Positions 49,018-56,543 of a DNA stretch of 64,000 bases are shown one piece after another. The first letter of the stretch is position 1; every line of letters begins with the position of its first letter. Origin of the DNA: an uncultured Planctomycetia bacterium (GTDB lineage Bacteria > Omnitrophota > Gorgyraeia > Duberdicusellales > 4484-171); assembly GCA_964547735.1 (NCBI GenBank), contig CAZJOV010000001.1, positions 5,789-69,788 of the forward strand, in the 5' to 3' direction. A program made the translations under genes and the position numbers. The notes under the pieces were generated by a model, which worked only from the letters and a program-made list of their open reading frames with translations, was not told the DNA's origin and did not search any database.

Positions 49018-49900
49018 ACTCTTTTAATAACTCTTGAGAAGGTCCTGACTGTCCAAACCTATCTTTAACCGCAATACTTACAACCCTTGCCGGATAATTT
49101 TCAGCAAGAAGTTCACACACTGCAGAAAAAAGCCCCCCTATCATCTGATGTTCTTCACAAACAAGAAGAAATTTATATCTTTGAGCTAAATCAATTATTA
49201 ACTCTTTATCTAATGGCTTTATGGTATGAATATTAACTACCGTTACTTTTATTCCTTTCTCTTCCAAAATCTTTGCCGCCTCTAGGGAAAAATAAACCAT
49301 TATTCCACAGGCAAGAATAGCAATTTCCTCTCCTTCTTTAAGAATATATCCTTTACCAAAAACAAATTCTTTTTTTTCTTTAACGGTAGAAACTTTTGCT
49401 CTTCCTAAACGAATATAAAAAGGACCCGGAATTCTATATGCAGATAATACTGCGGATTTAGTCTCATAAGCATCACAGGGAACAATTATCTTCATATTAG
49501 GAATACAACGTAAAAATCCAATATCCTCTAATGCCTGATGAGAGGCACCATCTTCTCCTACCGTTATTCCTCCATGAGTAGCTACAATTTTTACATTAAA
49601 ATCGTTATAACAGATAGTATTCCTTATCTGGTCCAATGCTCTTGCCGTGGCAAACATAGCGAAAGTGGAAACAAATGCTATCTTTCCACAACTGGCTAAA
49701 CCGGCAGCAACCGCAAACATATTCTGTTCCGCTACCCCAAAATTGAAAAATCTTTCTGGAAAAACTTTACCGAATTTTGCAGTACGTGTTGAGGAAGATA
49801 AATCCGCATCTAAAACTACTACATTGGGATCTTTTCCCCCTAATTCTACCAACGTCTCTCCATAAATATCGCGAGCATAAATATACTCAGAATTATTCAT
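48962..49900 (-). CDS. Transketolase, C-terminal subunit
   Basis: LDADL..ST, GVAEQNM, GEDGASHQ, EEH; start set at ATG 49900. Confidence 0.93.
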   Translation of the reverse strand: MNNSEYIYARDIYGETLVELGGKDPNVVVLDADLSSSTRTAKFGKVFPERFFNFGVAEQNMFAVAAGLASCGKIAFVSTFAMFATARALDQIRNTICYNDFNVKIVATHGGITVGEDGASHQALEDIGFLRCIPNMKIIVPCDAYETKSAVLSAYRIPGPFYIRLGRAKVSTVKEKKEFVFGKGYILKEGEEIAILACGIMVYFSLEAAKILEEKGIKVTVVNIHTIKPLDKELIIDLAQRYKFLLVCEEHQMIGGLFSAVCELLAENYPARVVSIAVKDRFGQSGPSQELLKEYGLSTGDIVNTVEKLLRD

Positions 49901-50738
49901 CTGCTTCCTCCAAAAATTTTTCAATTCTTTCCAACTCCTCCAAAGCAATTTTTGTCTCTTTCTCATTAGGAGCTCTTCCATGAAAATCAACAACATGTTC
50001 CATAAAAGAGACCCCTTTCCCCTTAACAGTGTGAGCAATAATCACGGTGGGTTTCTCCTTTACTGAGCTTGCTTCAGAAAAAGCATCCAAAAGCTCTTCA
50101 ATACTATGTCCATCACATTGAATTGCGTGCCAACCAAAAGCCTTCCATTTATCCACCAAAGGTTCTAAATTCATTATATCCTCCACCCTTCCGTCAATCT
50201 GGAAACGATTGTAGTCTACTATTCCACACAGGTTATCCAACTTAAAATGAGCCGCTGACATAGCTGCTTCCCAGATATTTCCTTCCTGTATCTCACCATC
50301 TCCCATAAGGCAGTATACACGATAATCTTTTTTATCTAAACGTGCGGCTAAAGCCATCCCTATCGCTACACTCAAACCTTGTCCTAAAGAGCCACTGGCT
50401 ACATCTACTCCAGGAGTGCATCGATCAGGATGTCCTTGCAGAATAGAACCTAATTTTCTTAAATTCCACAATTCTGATTCAGAAAAATAACCACATAAAG
50501 CTAAAGCAGCATATAAAGCAGGACAGGTATGCCCTTTGGAAAGATGAAAACGGTCCCTATCTGGCCAAGTAGGGTTTTTGGGATTATGACGCATTATTTC
50601 AAAAAAAAGACAGGTAATAATCTCTACACTGGATAACGATCCTCCCGGATGTCCACTTCCTGCTAAAGAAATCATTTCAATAATTAACTTTCTTATCTTA
50701 TTTGCCTTTTTTCTTAATTCCTTTAATCTTTTCTTCAT
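49893..50738 (-). CDS. Transketolase, N-terminal subunit
   Basis: SGHPGGSLS, LSKGH, GSLGQG, GDGE.QEG. Confidence 0.95.
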   Translation of the reverse strand: MKKRLKELRKKANKIRKLIIEMISLAGSGHPGGSLSSVEIITCLFFEIMRHNPKNPTWPDRDRFHLSKGHTCPALYAALALCGYFSESELWNLRKLGSILQGHPDRCTPGVDVASGSLGQGLSVAIGMALAARLDKKDYRVYCLMGDGEIQEGNIWEAAMSAAHFKLDNLCGIVDYNRFQIDGRVEDIMNLEPLVDKWKAFGWHAIQCDGHSIEELLDAFSEASSVKEKPTVIIAHTVKGKGVSFMEHVVDFHGRAPNEKETKIALEELERIEKFLEEADE

Positions 50739-51669
50739 TTTTTTCTATCTTCTCCTTTAATCGTTTCTGAGAAGAAGGTCTCAGAGAAGAAATTCCCAAT
50801 CCTTTTTTATAGAAATCTACAGCTTCCTCCCATCTCTTCAAAACTACATAAAGATCCCCCAAGTGTTCATAAATTACCGGATCCTCTATGATTTTGGCTG
50901 CTTTAAGAAGATATTCCTCTGCTTTTTTATACTTCTTTTTTTTAAAATATACCCATCCCAGACTATCTAAGTAAGCACCATTTTGAGGGTCTTTTTCTAA
51001 TGCTCTCTTTATCAATCCTTCTGCCTCATCTAATTTTATCCCTTCTTCAGCATAAATATATCCTAAGGAGTTTAAAGTATCTGCATGGTTGGGGTCTAAC
51101 TTCAGGGTCTTTTTCCACATCTTTATCGCTTTCTTTCTCTCTCCTATCTCCTCATATAGATATCCCAACCAATAATAACCTTCCGGATAATCTGGTTTCT
51201 GATTTATAATTGTCTTATATATTTTTATTGCCTGCCGGGGCATCTTTTTATAAAAATAAAATTGTCCCAAATACTCAGAGATTCTGATGTTCTGGGGTTG
51301 AGCTCTATGGGCTTTTTCCAAAAAATACTGATATTCTTCTTCCAACTTTTTCTGTTCTTTAGTAGCGGCATAAAAAAGCATTAAGGTAGCAGAGATATCT
51401 AAATTGTCGGGATCTAACTCCTTTGCTTTCTTAAACTCTTTCTCTGCCTCGGGAAATTTTTTAAGATGAAAAAGGATAAGCCCTAATCTGAGATGGAGGT
51501 AGCTTGAGGAAGAATCCAGCCTTTCTACTTTCTTAAGTTCTTTATAAGCATTCTCAAAATCTTTCTTTTGAAGATAGAAAAAGGCTCTTAGATAATCTCC
51601 TACAATATTTGTAGCCTCTAAAGATGTGCTCCATAAGAAGAAAAAAAGAAATATTAATACCCTTCTCAT
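50698..51669 (-). CDS. Exported TPR-repeat protein
   Basis: Signal peptide, LNSLGY.YAE, AYLDSLGWVY, EHLGD. Confidence 0.85.
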   Translation of the reverse strand: MRRVLIFLFFFLWSTSLEATNIVGDYLRAFFYLQKKDFENAYKELKKVERLDSSSSYLHLRLGLILFHLKKFPEAEKEFKKAKELDPDNLDISATLMLFYAATKEQKKLEEEYQYFLEKAHRAQPQNIRISEYLGQFYFYKKMPRQAIKIYKTIINQKPDYPEGYYWLGYLYEEIGERKKAIKMWKKTLKLDPNHADTLNSLGYIYAEEGIKLDEAEGLIKRALEKDPQNGAYLDSLGWVYFKKKKYKKAEEYLLKAAKIIEDPVIYEHLGDLYVVLKRWEEAVDFYKKGLGISSLRPSSQKRLKEKIEKNEEKIKGIKKKGK

Positions 51670-51674
51670 TAACC

Positions 51675-51764
51675 CTACTTTTTCTTATGTCTCTGCATCT
51701 TTCTTCTTTTTTTGTACCAATGACGCTTAACTTTTTTTAATTTTCTTTTTCTCCCACAAGGCAT
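51675..51764 (-). CDS. AURKAIP1/COX24-domain small basic protein (bS22/mS38-like), 29 aa
   Basis: MPCGRKRKLKKVKRHWYKKRRKMQRHKKK*; SD GGGAGG; not in ORF track. Confidence 0.85.
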   Translation of the reverse strand: MPCGRKRKLKKVKRHWYKKRRKMQRHKKK

Positions 51765-51776
51765 ATTCTCCTCCCT

Positions 51777-52658
51777 TCAGTATATTAATTTATTGAGAGG
51801 ATATTCAATTATATCACATGCTCCTGCTTCTTTCAGCTTGGGAATTAACTCCTTGACTTTTTCCTCATCAATTACTACCTCACAAGCTACCCAATTTTCT
51901 ATCGCTAAATTAGAAATTGTGGGGTTTTTGAGAGCAGGAAGAATTTTTAATATCTTCCTCAAATTTCTCTTCTCTACATTAAGTTTCAATCCCACTTTAT
52001 TTTTTGCTTCTAATGCTCCTTTAAGAAGCATTAAAACGCTCTCCATTTTTTTTCTTTTCTCTTTATCTTTATAAGAGAATTTGTTAGCAATGAATTTTGT
52101 CGTAGAAACACAAACGCAGGCAATCTCTCTCAATCTATTAGCTTTAAGGGAAGCGCCTGTCTCTGTTAACTCAACAATAGCATCAACAAGGCCTGATTTT
52201 ACCTTTGCTTCTGTTGCCCCCCAACTGAATTCTACCTCTACCTTAATCTTTCTCTTCTTGAAAAATTTACGCGTAAAGTTAACCAGTTCTGTGGCAATTC
52301 TTTTCCCTTCCAATTGGGCAAGATTTCTTATAGAAGAATCTTCCCTTACCGCTACTACCCAACGCACAGGTTGCGTAGTTTTTTTTGCATAAAGAAGCTC
52401 GCCTATTGTGACTACCTTTGCCTCATTCTCCAATATCCAATCCTCACCGGTAATTCCACAATCCAATACTCCCTCCTCCACATAACGGGGAATCTCCTGG
52501 GGTCGCAAAAGTACCGGTTTAATCTGGGGATCATCGATAGAGGGGAAATAAGACCGTCCCTCTTTAAAGATTTTAAATCCCGCCATACGAAAAAGTTCAA
52601 AAGTAAATTGCTCCAAGCTTCCCTTAGGTAATCCCAAAGTTATTTTTTTTATCATCAT
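51777..52658 (-). CDS. hisG: ATP phosphoribosyltransferase, long form
   Basis: LPKGSL, RPQEIP, GITG.DW, GATE, TETG.SL; C-terminal regulatory domain. Confidence 0.95.
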   Translation of the reverse strand: MMIKKITLGLPKGSLEQFTFELFRMAGFKIFKEGRSYFPSIDDPQIKPVLLRPQEIPRYVEEGVLDCGITGEDWILENEAKVVTIGELLYAKKTTQPVRWVVAVREDSSIRNLAQLEGKRIATELVNFTRKFFKKRKIKVEVEFSWGATEAKVKSGLVDAIVELTETGASLKANRLREIACVCVSTTKFIANKFSYKDKEKRKKMESVLMLLKGALEAKNKVGLKLNVEKRNLRKILKILPALKNPTISNLAIENWVACEVVIDEEKVKELIPKLKEAGACDIIEYPLNKLIY

Positions 52659-52667
52659 AAGGAGTAA

Positions 52668-52696
52668 ATTATACAATCGCTATCTTCCTCTGTAAA
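52668..52696 (-). promoter_or_regulatory. Promoter for hisG (near-leaderless)
   Basis: TTTACA-17-TATAAT, 9 nt before ATG. Confidence 0.65.
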
Positions 52697-52734
52697 GAAA
52701 AAATTGTTTATGGAGAAATCTAAAAGAATAATTT

Positions 52735-53094
52735 TCAATCGCTAAAAAAAATAGAGATGAATTCTTTTAAAAATTCTCCTCCCGCCTTAACACTACCAAC
52801 TACCCCCTCTACTATAGCTTTAGCCTCCTCGCCAAATGCACGCCAGATAGCAAAAAGTTTATAGCGAAGAAGCCCTCTTTTATGAGGCTTTTCTCTACCC
52901 CATACTTCATACTGATAAGCATCTTTTATGTTTTTTGGGCCCTTAATAAAAGCTCCGTAAAGAGGAGATGTGCTTGCCTCAACTAATCTTTTTCCCATAT
53001 TTATTAGATGGTGCCTTGCTGAATAGGGATAGGCGGACAAAAAATAGGCGGTTAAAATAATTAATACTGTTATCAATTTAATTATTCTTCTCAT
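52735..53094 (-). CDS. Hypothetical exported or membrane protein
   Basis: N-terminal hydrophobic signal; tightly spaced after the phosphatase gene. Confidence 0.6.
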   Translation of the reverse strand: MRRIIKLITVLIILTAYFLSAYPYSARHHLINMGKRLVEASTSPLYGAFIKGPKNIKDAYQYEVWGREKPHKRGLLRYKLFAIWRAFGEEAKAIVEGVVGSVKAGGEFLKEFISIFFSD

Positions 53095-53097
53095 GAT

Positions 53098-53637
53098 TTA
53101 TTTTGAAATTTCAAAATACTCTTTTTTATCTTTCAGCTGAAGGATAAATTTTTTAAGAGCCTCCTCTCCTCTATAAGGCCAAAAACCATATTTTTTTGCC
53201 TCCTTATAAGCCTGTTTTGGCGTCCATCCACATACAACAACTCTATATAGGGCAACAAAAGCACCAACTCTATCTCTTCCACTTTCGCAATGAAGAAATA
53301 CAGGCTGATTGTCTTTATCCAAAACTATCTTTAAAAATTTAAAGACTTGCTCATCAGTAGGTTTTTTATAAACACTTAAGGGAATGTTAAAAAAGCGCAT
53401 ACCTAAGCTTGTAACCAACCTTTTTTCTTCAATGATTTTATCTTCCCCTCTTAAACTGATAACTGTTTTTACCCCCAAAGACTTCAACCTTTCTATACCT
53501 TCTTTATTAGGCTGACCGCCTCTGTAAAGAATATCATCTACTTGATGGAAATTAGGAATATCTAAAAAGGGGTCTCTGAAATAACTTAAATAAACACATC
53601 CACAAAGAAGAAATAAAATTAAAAATAACTTTCTCAT
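53098..53637 (-). CDS. Cys-based (PTP/DSP, Siw14-like) phosphatase with export or lipoprotein signal
   Basis: PNFHQVD..LYRGGQP, PVFLHCESGRDRVG (CX5R). Confidence 0.88.
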   Translation of the reverse strand: MRKLFLILFLLCGCVYLSYFRDPFLDIPNFHQVDDILYRGGQPNKEGIERLKSLGVKTVISLRGEDKIIEEKRLVTSLGMRFFNIPLSVYKKPTDEQVFKFLKIVLDKDNQPVFLHCESGRDRVGAFVALYRVVVCGWTPKQAYKEAKKYGFWPYRGEEALKKFILQLKDKKEYFEISK

Positions 53638-53682
53638 TTAATTTAAGATTTTAATTTAGAGAAAATAGCAATCATTCTTTCT

Positions 53683-54624
53683 TCAATCTTTTTGGACTTT
53701 AAATTTTGAACGCAAAATACTCTCAGAGGGACGAGACTTCCAGCGGCGATGATTCCAGCTCCAAAGAGTAGGGTTTTCTCTAATCCAGGATTCAATTATC
53801 TGAGTGAACTTAGCTGTATTTTTAAGAATTGTTTCTCCTTGAGAAGAAAAATAGTCTAAAGGCTGCTCAGGAAAAAATTTAATCAAATGTCTATCCTCTT
53901 CTTTCTTTATATAACCGGGAACAATTGCTGCTTTGGCTCTTAAAGCAAAAACAATTGGGCCGGTAGGAGTTGCCGCTAATCTATTAAAGAATTTCACCCA
54001 TACACCCCCTGTGCCAAAATTTTGGTCCATCTGAATCATTACAATCTCATTAGCTCTTAAAGCACGCAAAATACTCTCCACACACGCTTGGCGAGGATAG
54101 GAAAGAATTGTCTTAACACCTGCTTTATTCCTTAAATGATTCACAAAGATATCTATTTTCTCATCCCGCATCGGTCGGGCAACAACATTGATTTTATAAC
54201 CCTTTCTTGCTAAGAATAAACTTATTAAAGGAAAGTTTCCCAAATGAGCCGTTAAAAGAATCACTCCTTTATTTTTATTTAAAGCTCTCTTTAAAAAATT
54301 CTCTCCTTCAACTTCTATCTTCCCCTCCAAAAGATGAGGTCTTTTTAAAAAATAGATAAGCTCTAAAAAACTGTGGGTCATAAAGATAAAAAATTTTTTT
54401 GCAATCTCTTTTCTTTTTTTAAAAGAAATTTCAGGAAAAGCAACACTTAAAGAATCTAAAGCCACTTTTTTATGAGGGGAAATAAGTTGATAAGAAAGCC
54501 TTCCCAAAAAAGTTCCTATTTTATGTAATAAAGAAAGAGGAAATTTATCGGCAAAAAAGAAAAAAATCCTGAAAAAAATCCAGGAGAGTTCTTTTCTTAA
54601 AAATTTTCTCTTTTTTTTCTCCAT
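53683..54624 (-). CDS. Lipid A/lysophospholipid acyltransferase (LpxL/HtrB family)
   Basis: GVILLTAHLGN, DQ, V.FF, W.W.HRRWK. Confidence 0.85.
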   Translation of the reverse strand: MEKKKRKFLRKELSWIFFRIFFFFADKFPLSLLHKIGTFLGRLSYQLISPHKKVALDSLSVAFPEISFKKRKEIAKKFFIFMTHSFLELIYFLKRPHLLEGKIEVEGENFLKRALNKNKGVILLTAHLGNFPLISLFLARKGYKINVVARPMRDEKIDIFVNHLRNKAGVKTILSYPRQACVESILRALRANEIVMIQMDQNFGTGGVWVKFFNRLAATPTGPIVFALRAKAAIVPGYIKKEEDRHLIKFFPEQPLDYFSSQGETILKNTAKFTQIIESWIRENPTLWSWNHRRWKSRPSESILRSKFKVQKD

Positions 54625-55113
54625 TTATCTTTTATATCCAATTTTCCTTAAAAATTCTTTTCTTTCCTTAATGTCTTCATCCCTTTCCACCCCTTGAGGT
54701 TTTATCCCATCAACTACTCCCAGAAACGCTCTCCCTTCAGATAAGGAAGCAACAATAACCCGTAGAGGATTTGCTGTAGCACAAAAAACTGTGCAAACTT
54801 CAGATATTTTTTTTATACGATTTAACACATTTACAGGATAAGCACCTTTTAGAACAACTACGAACATATGTCCACAACCAATCTTTAAAGCATTTTTTAA
54901 AGCAACTTCTTTTAACCCCTCATCATTTCCCTCAACCCTTACCAGAGCTTTTCCTGAAGATTCGCAGAAAGCAATACCAAATTTTATTGTGGGTGAAGCC
55001 TCAGCTAATGTTTCATATAAATCTTCTACTGTTTTTATAAAGTGAGCCTGCCCTAAAATAATGTTTAAATCTTGAGGCTTCTCCACCTCTACTACTTCTA
55101 AATTTACCTGCAT
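54625..55113 (-). CDS. Adenosine-specific kinase family protein (DUF355)
   Basis: NIILGQAHFIKTVEDL.E, GIAFCESSG, FCATANP, IGYKR. Confidence 0.88.
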   Translation of the reverse strand: MQVNLEVVEVEKPQDLNIILGQAHFIKTVEDLYETLAEASPTIKFGIAFCESSGKALVRVEGNDEGLKEVALKNALKIGCGHMFVVVLKGAYPVNVLNRIKKISEVCTVFCATANPLRVIVASLSEGRAFLGVVDGIKPQGVERDEDIKERKEFLRKIGYKR

Positions 55114-56543
55114 TCCCCCTCCTCCTTTTTAATTAAAATAAAAAGAGTAAAAATCGCCCCAACAAAAACAAAAAGTTCAGGATATTTATTATAAAAGCTT
55201 CTTTCTTTTTTTAAAGGCAAAAAAAAAGTCTTTATCCCTTCAACAAAAACTTCTTTATTTGCTCTCTTTAAAGTAAAAATTCTACCACAAGGCGTAATCA
55301 TCGCACTTATTCCTGTATTAGCACAGCGAACAGAAGAAATCCTATTCTCAATCGACCTTAAAGTTAATATAGCCAAATGCTGATGTGCCTCAGGCTCCCC
55401 CCCAAACCAGGCATCATTGGTAATATTCACCAAGAAATCTACATTTTTTGAAACTTTAGCTACATAAAGAGGAAAAATATCCTCAAAACAGATGAGGACA
55501 GAAAATTTTTTATCTTTGTATTTAAATACCACTTCCCTCTTACCACAAGAAAAATCACCAATAGTATTTATCACCGGGATAAAGAAAAGAAACTTTCTTA
55601 AAGGGATATATTCTCCAAAAGGAACCAATTTAACTTTTTTATATTCTTCTTTAATCTTCCCTCCTTTATCCACCAATACTGCTTCGTTAAAAAAGTTTCC
55701 CTCTTCTTCCTCTACCACTCCCCACAAACTGTCTCTTTTTATCTCTTTTAAAAATTTTTTAAATTTATCAAAATTTGTCTTATTTAAAATAAAAGGGAAA
55801 CTAGCTTCAGGATAAATTACTAAGGAGTCTGAGGGGGTATTTTCTGCCAATTTCTTTAATTTTTCTAAAATAAATTCTCTCTTTTGAGGATTCCATTTTT
55901 CTTCTTGGGAAATATTTGGCTGAATCAGAGTCAATTTTATTTTTTCTGTTTTTTTAAAAGTAAGTGCATTAACTCTCCAGTAAGAGTAAATTAAGCAAAA
56001 AACAATGATAGTTAGGAAAACAAAAAATTCCTTTACCATTTTTTTCTCTCTTAACATCTTTTTTATTACAAGATTGCAAAAAATTATTAACCAGGAGATG
56101 AATTTTACCCCCAGTATATCTGCAGGTTGAATAATAAAAGAATTTAAATATTGAGAATAACCTAAATTTGTCCAGCTAAATCCCCATTTTATACTTTCCT
56201 GCAAAAACTCAAAAATAATCCATAGAAAAGCGATGCTATACACTTCACAAAATTTTTTAGAAATAAAAAATTTAGCTATGAAAGCAAATAAAACCCACCA
56301 GAAAGAAAGATAAATAACAAGAAAAAATAAGCCTAACTTAGTAACATAACCTATCCAGAACAAACAAAAGAAAAAAAAGAGAAAAGCAGCAAGGAAAGAA
56401 TAAAAAAAAAGATAAACCCCCCTTAAATTCTCCAAAAGAAAGAAAAAAGGAACGAATGAAAACCAAATAAGGAAGGAAAGGGAAGGAAAATTAAAACTTA
56501 AAGCAGCAAGTATTCCTGTCGAAGTCGCACAAAGAAAATTCAT
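55104..56543 (-). CDS. lnt: Apolipoprotein N-acyltransferase
   Basis: Q.NI...KW, PE, K..LVPFGEY, ICFE, NITNDAW, NTGIS. Confidence 0.93.
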   Translation of the reverse strand: MNFLCATSTGILAALSFNFPSLSFLIWFSFVPFFFLLENLRGVYLFFYSFLAAFLFFFFCLFWIGYVTKLGLFFLVIYLSFWWVLFAFIAKFFISKKFCEVYSIAFLWIIFEFLQESIKWGFSWTNLGYSQYLNSFIIQPADILGVKFISWLIIFCNLVIKKMLREKKMVKEFFVFLTIIVFCLIYSYWRVNALTFKKTEKIKLTLIQPNISQEEKWNPQKREFILEKLKKLAENTPSDSLVIYPEASFPFILNKTNFDKFKKFLKEIKRDSLWGVVEEEEGNFFNEAVLVDKGGKIKEEYKKVKLVPFGEYIPLRKFLFFIPVINTIGDFSCGKREVVFKYKDKKFSVLICFEDIFPLYVAKVSKNVDFLVNITNDAWFGGEPEAHQHLAILTLRSIENRISSVRCANTGISAMITPCGRIFTLKRANKEVFVEGIKTFFLPLKKERSFYNKYPELFVFVGAIFTLFILIKKEEGECR

